DNA of 56,998 bases, the filler included, from Sphacelaria rigidula (lineage: Eukaryota), in assembly GCA_964200075.2 (NCBI GenBank). It is 6 parts of 6 records of this genome, joined end to end, with 100 filler letters (N's around TTAATTAATTAA, not from the genome) between each part and the next. Parts side by side here need not be neighbours in the genome. Positions count along the whole stretch, not along the records: positions 38,067 to 47,482 come from CAXNAA020008553.1; positions 47,583 to 56,998 come from CAXNAA020008554.1; 4 more parts are not named here. The stretch is one strand, 5' to 3'. The position numbers and the translations under genes were made by a program. The notes under the pieces are model-generated. The model did no database searches and was not told where the DNA came from. It saw nothing but the letters and a program-made list of their open reading frames with translations. The first letter of the stretch is position 1. Every line of letters starts with the position of its first letter. Below are positions 39,069 to 49,920 of the stretch, piece after piece.

Positions 39069-40444
39069 ACCAGTACCTTGGGCCCGCAGCTGCTTGTGAA
39101 GAGCAGTGTTTGTGCGTAAACACACTGCACAGCATTCCCAGCAGCGATCAACTATTCACGGGGCGACGGAACCCTGTGATGCACACTATTCATGACCACT
39201 GTAGTAGGGAAACCCTGTGCAGCGTCCTGTGCTACGCTGAAAAACATTGTACAGTAAAATTCCCGCCAGTAACACTGCGCAGGGTACGTAAACTCTGTAG
39301 ACCCCCTCCACAGGGTGCTATCTGTCCACGTGTGTAGTCAGTGTGCGGTAGCAACCGTCTCAGTACACAGAATACTACAGAGTTCGAAATCGGTGGCGGG
39401 CACGACGAGTATGACACGATGCGAGCAGTCAACACAGCCAGCATGAGCGCCATCGTGCTATTTTAGAGTGGGAAAGCTGTTGACGAAAAAAGCACTGTAC
39501 TGTAATGTCTGTCCCCACGGTACTGAACATACAACATGCACGACTACTTTTGGACTGACTGTACTACACTTGTAGGCGAGGAGTGTGTGATGGAGCGTCA
39601 ATTCCCAGACAGAGAAACGTCTCTGGGAATCGATGGCTCTTGCCAGAGAGATTTGGGAAAATCTCGTTGTCTGGAAATTTATAAGTTTTCAGAGATTCGC
39701 TCCTCTCATCATGACATGGATGTGGCATATTTGTTATCAAAAGCGAAGTACTTGGCGGGGCGTGTTGACATGGTCACAACGTGTGGACAGTTAGGATAAC
39801 GGTATCAGCATCATGAAAAAACATTCTGTGCGATATGACGGATCGCTTCAGCATGATATCGGTGATCAATCCAATGCGAGAGAGAGAGCAACAAACGAGG
39901 AACAATCAACCTGCAAACAAGTCAGAAGAAGCTTCTTCTCTGATCAATAGCCATGTATACCTTCCGCGTGAAAACCGAAGGAAAAATAATCATTCCAGTG
40001 CGTTAGATACGCATTCGATATAACGTTGACTGAGGGTTATACCCGCCTTTGACTGGCGTCGTGAACTACTCTTGTTGGTTGTTGGCGTTGGCACCTCCTT
40101 GGACCCTGTGTGGTCTTTATCCTGACTTGGAGATATCTAAATTTTGGAATTTTCCCACCGGCGGAGGGTGGCGGGGTATCTGCCTCTCCAGCACTTCAGC
40201 AACAATCAATAAGAATAGGCTACAGCGAAACTATTGTGTACCCGGTGCCATACAATGCAGGATCGAGTGCGGCGTAAGTACTCCAAAACCCATACGTATC
40301 ACAGGTGTCCCCGCCAAAAAATTCGCAAACGACCATATGTTTCGAATCTTTGCGACACACATAACGGGAATTCGTCCCCCAAATATTTACAGAATAGTGT
40401 GAGGGAAGAGTGTAGTTAGACGGCTGATGATGAGAGTTCCAAAT

Positions 40445-41890
40445 GATGCTCCCGGACAAGTGCTGGTGATGGGAAACGAGTATCATGTGTAGTCACTGGA
40501 TCATACGGGTTCATCCGCTAGGGGCGAAGCAAAAACGATCTCCCCGAGCAACTGATGGTGGTGGACATTCACTGCGTCATTTGTCAGATCTAAAGGCTGA
40601 ATCTCCTACTCGGCGCAATGGTCCATGTTTGAAAGGGGTCGTAGGACCTCCGTTGATGTATTAACTACCCAGTAGAAAAGTGTATATTATACTCTCCATG
40701 TAAAATGTAGAAACCCCATGGGTGCACTCCGCTCGTACACCGCACACTGAACACACACACCGAACGGAATAAAGTGGGGCGGGAAATCGTTCATACGAAA
40801 CCATACGCCATAATCCCATCTTTTCGCCACGCGAGAAGGCGTGTGCCCCCAGTAGGTTTGTACTGCAAGCACTACATCGGGTATACCTCACATAACAGAA
40901 CTAGTCTCTTATTCGTACTTCCCCTGTATGTCATGATCCAATCTTGATATCAATTTCCCTTGTATCCAGGCAGATCCTGGAGCGTGAGTATAATCGATTA
41001 AGATCACCTGCTAATGTTTTTTCATTTTTCAGAGTCAGATAAACGAGAATGTCCCCGAACGAGTGCTGGTGCTGGATAACGATTGTCACGTGTAAACTCT
41101 GTGCCTAGAATATTTTCATCTTCCAAGATCTGAGTAGACATGATGTCCCCGAGCAAGTGCCCGTGGGTAACGACAAGTATCATGTGTAGTCACTAGGTCA
41201 TACTGGTTCATTTGCTAGGAGCGAAGCAAAAACGATCTCCCTGAGCAACTGATGGTGGTGGACATTCACTGTGTCATATGTCAGATCACCTTCTATTGTT
41301 TTTTTCATCTGCCAGAGTCAGAAGAACGAGAATGTCCCCGAACGAGTGCTGTTGCTGGATAACGATTGTCACGTGTAAACTCTGTGCCTGGAATAGTTTC
41401 ACCTTTTAAGATCTGAGATAAGATGGTGTCCCCGAGCAAGTGCTCGTGGGTAACGACAAGTATCATGTGTAAGACTTGCCGCTATTTTGTTTTCATGTGC
41501 CAAGGTGGAAAAAATATGCTCCCGGGCAAGAGCTGGTGATAGGAAACGAGTATCATGTGTAGTCACTGGATCATATCGGTTCATTTGCCGGGGGCGAACC
41601 AAAAATAATCTCCCCGAGCAACTGAGGGTGGTGGACATCCACTGTGTGGTATGTAAATGACCGGGTCACATTCGCTCATTTGCCGGGGTCGAAGTAGACA
41701 CGGCGTTCCTAAACGAGTGCCGATGATTTACGACTATTACCACATGAAGAATCACTAGGTAATATAGTTTCATCTCTCAGGGTCGAATGATAGACGGTGT
41801 TCCCGAAGGACAGCCTGTGGTTCACGACGATTATCATATGATGAACGGGTGAAATATCAGTGGTCATGTTCCTGTTATCTGCCAGGCGCT
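40445..41890. repeat. Degenerate ~94-bp minisatellite with 283-bp higher-order repeat
   Basis: Core TCCCCGAGCAAGTGCTGGTG.. recurs at ~41052, 41146, 41238, 41335, 41429, 41519, 41611, 41706 and 41800, plus an outlying pair at 40445-40590. Units three apart are the most similar. Confidence 0.85.
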
Positions 41891-43267
41891 CACTTAATAT
41901 GGCGGTCATACAAGAATGCTGATGGTGGATCAAGATCAAAATCTGTACAACGCAGGGAAATGAGCCTGTTCATGGGCGTGTCGAAGTGTCACGACAAATC
42001 TGAAAATACTTCCAAAAAGAGTACAAGAAACCGAGGACGACAACCACAGCGTCCACTCAATCACAGGCACGACGTGACCACCCACCCTACTTTCCACCCA
42101 CAGCAAGCGCACTCAACGGGATCACCGCCCCTGCCCGAAGAACACACCGGCAGCGATAGAGGGCACTCCCTCTCAGCGGCATTCCCCCCTCCACCCTGCA
42201 ACGCGCCTTATGAAGCCTTCCCCTGCTCAAGTACCGCACCCAAGGAGACGACATCAACCCTCCCAAAGCGGTCAAACACTCGCATCAGGGGAAAGTTGCA
42301 AAAGCACCGTCCGCGGATCCAGATGTCAAATGCGCAGACCGTGGCAGCCCCTCCCTTTCTGTGGTGCATACTGTTTCGTGCGATCCCGGTAAGGGTTTCC
42401 CTGTTGAAGGCCTCGTTGCGTACCTCGTGAATGACTCGTAGAGAATAAGTCAAGATCTTTAGCGTCATGTTCGATAGCGTACGCACGTGCAAAGTCAGGA
42501 GGGAGTTGTCTTGCTCGTGGGGGTCAAGATTTACGCCGCTAGTCTCGAGGCATGGAGACAACCCAGCGTACTTTCGCCTGCAGTCAGCGTCATGCTTCTT
42601 CTCGTGCGGACCATCGGACCCGACGCACGTCCCGCTCGAGCAACCCGTGTGGGTGTGGGGGCGACGCCGGCCATTGGAGATGTGCTTGTGGCCATCATGT
42701 GCATGTGGCCATCGTTGGCCGTGTCGTGAAGTTTTATTCCGTAGTCTGCGATCTCGAAGTCCTGCCCGGCGCTGTCATGCTGAAAAATGATCGGGGTCAG
42801 CGCTATTTGTAGAGACTTGACCGAGGCAAAACGTTCGGCTGAAGCCGATACCTCCACTACTGCGTACGGCGCACTCTGGGATGTGGCGAGGGACAAGCGC
42901 GGACGAGTAGATGACGGTCGAACCCACAGGCGAAATTGCCCGCTAGTGCGTTTCGCGCTTTTCGATGCATGATTGTGAAGCAATGGATTGTACAGATTTC
43001 CTCGTGTGGGCTACACCGGGAAGCTGGGGTACGTTGGCTCACACACCGGGAAATCTCAGCGTGCGCGTGTGCCAGCGCACACGGATAATCTGTGACTGCG
43101 GGACTGTATGCTACGAGCACTCGCGAGGGGCTGATTCACCGACTCTAGTCCGTTCTTCTGGGCCAGCAGGGAGCAGGCCGTCCGCAACGAACCGGACGTT
43201 GGCCTGCACGACGCACAGTAAAATGAAGCTCACGGCTGAGAATATTGACGAACAGCAACTGAGTAGG

Positions 43268-43610
43268 TAGCTCGTGGTGGAAAAGTAAGTGACTCGAGCT
43301 AACCAGTCATCACTCGTGGTGGAAACAATAAAGGACTCCAGTACACGACTCATTGCTCGTGGTTAAAAAAATTAATAAGCTCGACCAATCGAATCCTTGT
43401 TCGCGGGGGAAACAATGAATGACTCAGGCACACGAGTCAGTGCTCGTGGCTTAAACCTTGAATAGCTCGAGCACCCGAGTCATTGCTCGTGGGAAAACAA
43501 TAAATGAGTCGAGCACGCGAGTCATTGATAAAAAATAAATGACTCGAGCACTCGAGTCGTTGCTCGTGGTGATAAAAAAAGTGACTCGAGCAAACGAGCC
43601 ATGCTCGTCA
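43268..43610. repeat. ~43-bp tandem repeat (~8 copies), each with a palindromic core
   Basis: Unit ~AATGACTCGAGCAC(A/T)CGAGTCATTGCTCGTGGTGGAAACAATA. Confidence 0.85.
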
Positions 43611-44221
43611 TTTTTCAAAACAAATCACTCAAGCGTACAAGCTATGCTAGTTATTCTCAAAAACCACAAACGAGTGCACTCGTTTCGACGGGTGGTGATT
43701 TCTCCGCCGTGTGATATTTTGAACAAAACCTACTCGATTTCGGTCGTCAATTTTAGTCGTTTTTACTCAACACCTTCGTTGCTCGTTCCATCCTACCATG
43801 GCATGCCATGATGGGATCATCTCTGGCCACAGCTCCCTCACCTCTGCGTACGAATGCAACCCGTCTATTACCTCGACGAGCGGTCGACAAGTTGCCTGGC
43901 CACCACCCAGTCGGTCATTACTTCAAGCGACGGTGGAGAGGGTGGGGTACCTTCCCAAAATCCCGATATCAAAAGAAGTAGGGTCAGAAGAAAAAGTAGC
44001 ACACTCGCCGTTGCGAATGCTGCCGTGCTGCCGTTTAATTGCCATTTGTGCAATCCAGATTCAGTGCAACCTTGCAGACACGTCGGGCTGGAGGACTCTT
44101 GAGCCTAAAACTAAAGTAACTATATGTGAAGAATGGTGACAATCAAAACTTATGTCAGACAAAGAATAATGACAATAAATGGTAGCTGGTTAGTACGTAA
44201 AACAAAAAGGAGACAACTTCA

Positions 44222-45343
44222 GGCTGGTCCAGCCTAGAAACGGGTTTAAGCTCTCAAAGGAATATCTGAGCGATACAGACTAGTTGGGCCGTGACCCGCA
44301 TATCGTATTAATCGTCTGACTCAGGCGAAGGTGCCCATCTGCTGAAAAGTCTGGGCCAATCTTTTTCTCGCTGGTTAAGCCCCATGTCTAGTACTTTCTG
44401 TGCCATACGGATATATCGTCTATAATAAAGTGTATATGAAACCCCGGACGATGTATACAGAGGATGGCGAGTTTTGGTGTGGACATTTCCTGGTGCGCGG
44501 GGAAACGAGCAGAGGCTCTCAATGCACTAAACCTGGGTATCGCGCTTCAGTTTTCGAGAGTCGTGCTTTGAAATTTCGTACGGAGAACCGCTACTGCATG
44601 CTATCACAAAAAAAACAGTTTTTTTTTTCATTCTTAGTAAGTTTGCTTTTAACTTTTTTTCGTTTTTGTAGTAGAGGTTCGAGAGGAAATAACATTGTTC
44701 TTGGGCCTTACCTCAGTTTCTTGGCAAGATTTCTCGGGCCGTGATTTGAAACTGAGCATGGAGAATCGCAAAGGCATGCTGAAGGAAAAAATCAAATGGG
44801 TCTTCACTTTCTTCTTGAGAGAGAGAGAGAGTAGGGCGTTCTCGTGAAAAAATGGTCTTTACCGACTAAAACGTCCTAGATCAATAGAAAATAGAAAATC
44901 AACCTGACTCACGTTTTCTGCTTCATTATGCCCTAACGGGGTCCCGCACAAAATTCCAATACACAAGTATTAAACCTTGGGCGGTAAGTGGCCTGCAAAA
45001 AAACTGTTCCGAATATAAATCGGCTCGGTTTTCAAAGGGCTCATTCTCAGCTCAATTTTTAGAGTTGGACCTCATGATTTGGTATAGACAACAAATAAGC
45101 TATAATAAACAAAACGTGTGCATGGACTTGAAGCTGTTTTTTTCAGGAGTTGTAGGCAATAGTCAGTTCCCAGGTTTCAGTAAAATGCCGTCAAGTTATG
45201 AAAAACAAAAGGCTTTGGGTCCATGCATACGTTTAATTAGTTTCGCCTTTTCATTGTCCGTACCAAGTTTGAAGGTTCAACTCCAAAAACTTTGCTGAAA
45301 ATGAGCCCGCAAACTACAACTCCGCTTCTAGGCTGGTCCGGCT
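44222..45343. mobile_element. Putative non-autonomous TIR element (~1.1 kb)
   Basis: GGCTGGTCCAGCCTAGAAACGG and CCGCTTCTAGGCTGGTCCGGCT are imperfect 22-bp inverted termini around an AT-rich non-coding interior. No TSD seen. Confidence 0.5.
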
Positions 45344-47482
45344 CGTGTCGAGCATCACATCCACCAACCTAGCATAAACCGACTATTTTTTTTCATAAAT
45401 CGATTAGAATCGGAGTATAGTATCTACAAAGTGAGCACTGCTTTTGGTGAGATTACGATCATAAAAAGACGACAACACGAGGATGATTGGGAGAACCCTA
45501 CATCGCGCGGTGGCATGGGAACTTTCATTGATCCAAAAATTACAATGTCAACAAACGCCTGGCCAACCAAATACCACCTTCATTGCTGGAAATACTTGTT
45601 GTCACACTGCCGACCAATTCTTCCCACCGTCGCCTTTCCCGGGTGAGAAATTTGGCAGTGACCAAACCCGCCGGCGTGAACGATCCCTTGCATATCCTGC
45701 ATCGCTACTGCGATGCCGTGAACTTCGATTGATCTATCTCTCTGTTGTACGTAAGTAGCCCAGCTGGTTTTCGTGGTGGGAACTGGCCTGCCGCCATGAG
45801 TTTGAGGGAGTCCCGATGATTTTTCCGGAATATTGCCGGCCGCTCCTGCAGAAAAGCCAAGACTGATCGCCTCCTCGCCTGCGCACACGGCCTCTGGGAA
45901 TCAGAGCTATCCGGAGGCGCCTTCAGAGCATCCACCTCCACACCAGAGCCCCCCATTTATCTCCGTCTACGCAGAAACCCAGCGCTACCGTGTTCGTGTG
46001 TTTGCACTCCAGGTTCCTCGAGGTATGCTTCCGTGCACCTTTCTCCCCTCGCAGCCTGTGCCGTTCACGATATATGGGCGGCCTCATACTCCCGAGTGCA
46101 GATCAACATGTTGGTATGGACGTCGATATATATGAGGAAAGTGAGCTTGCCGCGGGCCTCGACAGTCTCCCCGTTCGTGCCAACTACAAATATATCGTTT
46201 CGTGATATCGAGACACTGAGCGAAGGTACCGATAGCGAGCGTATCACACAGAGTTCCATCACACGCGTACCGATGTCAATTTTTTCAGCCCTGATATGCT
46301 GTCTAATTACGATGTGTATGAGCACGTTACCTTGCACATTAATCGCGTCTCCTGGTTGTCATCCTTCTTGACGTGTGCCCACCGGTGCTCAACCGTACAA
46401 TCCACGCCCTCTCGCACGGCAAAGAACCTCGTTGTACCTACGCTCCGCATTCTTCGTCATTTCAACCAACGTCCTCCCGTCCTCTTGCGACAACAGACCC
46501 TTCCCCGTCGCTACGAACACATGTTTTGTGAAGATTTTAGTGTCGCAGAACGCCTTCCTCTCGGCAACTTGTATGGTCTTCTCCTTCAGGGCACACGTCG
46601 TCGGCCACACTCGCCACTGGGCCGCCGCTGGTTCCGACCTCTCGCCGCCCGCTACCTGCGAGCGAAAGACTGACATCGCAGAGGAGAAGACGTCGCTGGA
46701 GCTCAACGCCCATCCATCAGATTCTATGGATCAAACTGTGGAGCCCTGGCCCATCGCATCCGATGGTTTTTGGCTTGGTCTGTCGTACACTAGTTAGTAA
46801 TCAGCAAGCTTTCACTCCAGAAGTAGATATATGAGCGTGACCGACGACAGCAAATAAGCGGCATGACAATCCCGGTTTGGCTGTTCGGAACACACTCTAA
46901 GGAGCAAACGGTAACGGCACTGCGACGACGTGGGGTTACTCCCCCCCTTCGCCACCTTCTCACGTTGCTACCTTGTGCGGAACTCCAAAATGAGAATAAA
47001 GCGATAGGCAGGACAACGGGAGGACTCACGTGCGAGAGTCTTCTCTTGAGCAGCTGCTCCGCCCTGAGTCTGAGTCTGTACCCACCAATGTCACCACCCT
47101 GCCCTGGGAGGAAGAGGTGCAAACTGACACTAGATGCTGGTTGCAGCACTGTGCTTTCCAGCGGGAAATTTCAAGACGATTGGTCGCATACGTTTATTGC
47201 CATCCGAGCGCTGCACACGCACAGCTGGTCGCTTCTTACTGCTGTCTTCATCGACTGCGGCCTGCCTTGCCCTCCGTCGTTTACACCTATTTCAACGTCC
47301 AACCAACGGGTTGTACATTGCAGCAAGCGCTAGTGTAATGATCACATGAGACGAGGCACGCTTTGATACTGCGCCATCCTCCCTACTCCGTGGGGGCGTC
47401 GATAATATCCAGAAACAGAACAAGTGCAATGTCAACGACAACGAGCAGTATATAGATGAGGGCGGGTGGGGGAGAGGGGGGG

Positions 47483-47582
47483 NNNNNNNNNNNNNNNNNN
47501 NNNNNNNNNNNNNNNNNNNNNNNNNNTTAATTAATTAANNNNNNNNNNNNNNNNNNNNNNNNNNNNNNNNNNNNNNNNNNNN
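47483..47582. other. Artificial 100-bp spacer
   Basis: N44-TTAATTAATTAA-N44. Confidence 0.97.
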
Positions 47583-47705
47583 CGTGCAAGAGAGAAATGC
47601 CACTTCAACCCCATATTTTGTATGAACCCCAAAATTTAAAATCGGCTGTTATATCGTGCTACATAGTCATGATGCCCAAGCTACATGGTGGTCATAATGT
47701 CCAAG

Positions 47706-48686
47706 GCCCAATGAGCTTCAAGACCGGGACTCAGAGCCTCACAGCCATGTCCACCATGGAAGCTGAGCTCGTGGCAGCAGCACTGGCGATGAAGGAGGCG
47801 GTATTATTTTCCAACATGATGACGGAGTTAGGCTTTGGAAATAAGTTTGGAAAAGAGCGTTGAATATTGATAACACGGCCACGCTCCATGTAATTGGAAA
47901 CCGTGCTTTCGGCTCAAAAACGAAGCACATTGCTTCACGCTTCTTTCACACCCGCGATCTTTTGACAGAAGATCAATTTTCAATGCCCTACATTCCGACG
48001 GAACTCCAACTTGCAGACATCGGAACAAAGCACCTGAACAAGCAGCGGTTCGCTTCTTACTCGACAATATGAAGAACTTCGGCGTCGGAACGTGATCATC
48101 AATGACTTCAACTCGTCTCGTTGAAGCGTAATCTTCACACGGCATCAACTCTGTATATGTGTATATGTTTCTATGTGTGTATTGTTGCTGTGTCTGTTAC
48201 TTGTGTAAATCACACGGGTGGCCACTGGGGTGCCTGCAACCTCAAACTTGGACGTTACAGACGTTGCGCAAGGTCTGTAACGTCCAAGTTTGAGGTTGCA
48301 GGCACCCCAGTGGCCACCAGTGCAGGTTACTATTGTTCCAACCGTTCGAGATTCTACTCTCGTCATTGATGATTGTAACGGCTGTAAGAATGTTTGAGTA
48401 ACATGGTAATTTGGTTTATGCATTGAATTGCTTACAGTACATCTCAATGAACACACCTATGAATGCATATATAGTCTACACTTCAGAGCTAGTACTTTTT
48501 ATATAACGAGGCTGCTAGTATTTTCAATAAAAGTACATCACATGCTCAGATACTAATTTAGCAATACAACACGTCGGACGTAGAACCTACAATACCTCGT
48601 ATTGTTGGTTCAGTGTATTCACTAAACACATTAATGTTTATCATTTATTTGTCGCATGTTACAGGCAACTTTTCCCTGAGGGGGAG
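47706..48686 (+). mobile_element. Ty1/copia 3' internal region (RNase H, 3' UTR, polypurine tract)
   Basis: QSLTAMSTMEAELVAA..IDNTATL..KTKHIASRFF..IPTELQLADIGTKHL motifs. PPT GAGGGGGAG immediately precedes the LTR. Confidence 0.9.
48213..48322. mobile_element. 110-bp near-perfect palindrome (fold-back MITE, Tc1/mariner-like TIR)
   Basis: 50-bp arms CACGGGTGGCCACTGGGGTGCCTGCAACCTCAAACTTGGACGTTACAGAC with one mismatch. The centre contains TTGCGCAA. Flanked by CA on both sides. Confidence 0.85.
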
Positions 48687-49151
48687 TGTTATGGAATGTC
48701 TACACATCTTCCAGATGTCCATGATCAATGTTCAATGACGCTGTTATACGTAGTTCATGTAATGCAACCATGTGTAATCGGTATTGTTAGTGTCGGTTGG
48801 CATGTAATGTATGCGGAGGAATAAGTGTTCATATCTGTAAAAAACTCGTTTTCGACGAGTACTTAGGTCTCACTCTTTGTGATCTCTCTGGGTACTTTAG
48901 GTACCATAGCTATCCTTACTATATCCTGGGTACTATCACCGTTCTGCCTAAACTATCACCAGCCCCTCTGTTTGTTTCTGTCTGTGCTGGCCGCAAGCGC
49001 CGTGCTTACAACATCGAAGCATCTTATTCTGCACCGAAATACCGCTGTATTTCTGCTGCTCCAAGCTCTTCGAGCTATAACATCGACTGACGGCGGTGAG
49101 TGTCAGCCTCTGCCACTATCTACGTGAGAACACATCACAATTCCCATAATA
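48687..49151 (+). mobile_element. 3' LTR of the copia element (465 bp)
   Basis: Follows the PPT. Begins TGTTATGGAAT and ends ATTCCCATAATA (inverted termini). Confidence 0.8.
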
Positions 49152-49179
49152 CGCGGGTGGCCACTGGGGTGCCTGCAAC
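49152..49179. mobile_element. Orphan copy of the same TIR as 48213-48322
   Basis: TA|CGCGGGTGGCCACTGGGGTGCCTGCAAC directly abuts the LTR end. Confidence 0.8.
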
Positions 49180-49261
49180 GTTTTGGTATTTATTTTTATT
49201 TGATACATTCAAAACAATTTTAGGAGAAAATTTGATATGCAATTCTTGTCAGTGACTACGG

Positions 49262-49920
49262 TGCCAAGTACAGTCATTGCCCTCCTGCCCAGTCGTCACG
49301 GAATACCTGCCCGACGCCCCTTCGCTTCCAAACATCCGGTACATGGCGCCAATACCCCCTTCAGAATAGTGCCCTGTTGTTTCGCACTTTCTTTCAATTT
49401 GATCTCATTCGCGTGGGCAAGGGAAACGTGAAAGGAATTCATATCGGCTTCTCTTTTCGGCTTTCCTACTGAAAATGGGCGAGAAATTAGGGCAAGCACA
49501 GCAAGGGCCGTCTCGTTTTCAGCCACATCTCCCACTTCCTCAATACTCAGAAAACGTGGGAAAAAATCTTGGGAGAGGGTCACGTCAATTCCATCCATCA
49601 ATGCTTCATCTTCGAACACGCTCAAATCTGGGCGTTGGAGCCCGTGGACTGCAAGGAGGGAATTAACCCCGGTGGGATGGCAAGGTACAACGCTTGCCGA
49701 TGAAGCGGACTGGAAATCAACTCCGGAAGGTACTACGTTCGCCGGTGGAACGGACTTGAAATTAACGCCAGTGGGAGGGGCAGGTACAACGCTTGCCGAC
49801 GAAGCGGACTGAAAACCAAGGCCGGAAGGTACTACGTTTGCCGGTGGAACGGGCTTGAAACCAACGCCGGTGGCAGGGGCAGATATAACGCTTGCTGATG
49901 AAGCGGACTGGAAACCAACG
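49262..49920 (-). mobile_element. Copia polyprotein fragment (99-bp/33-aa repeats plus GAG-pre-integrase domain)
   Basis: DMNSFHVSLAHANE..SAKQQGTILKGVLAPCTGCLEAKG (H..H..CxxC), preceded by in-frame repeats GVGFQSASSASVVPAPPTGVNFKSVPPANVVPS. Confidence 0.8.

Noticed and set aside
40445..41890. 31-aa protein repeat encoded by the minisatellite
   Set aside because: Unit lengths vary from 90 to 97 bp and break the frame.
43268..43610. Palindromic repeats as a CRISPR array
   Set aside because: The linkers are short, A-rich and similar to each other rather than unique spacers, and the repeats are degenerate.
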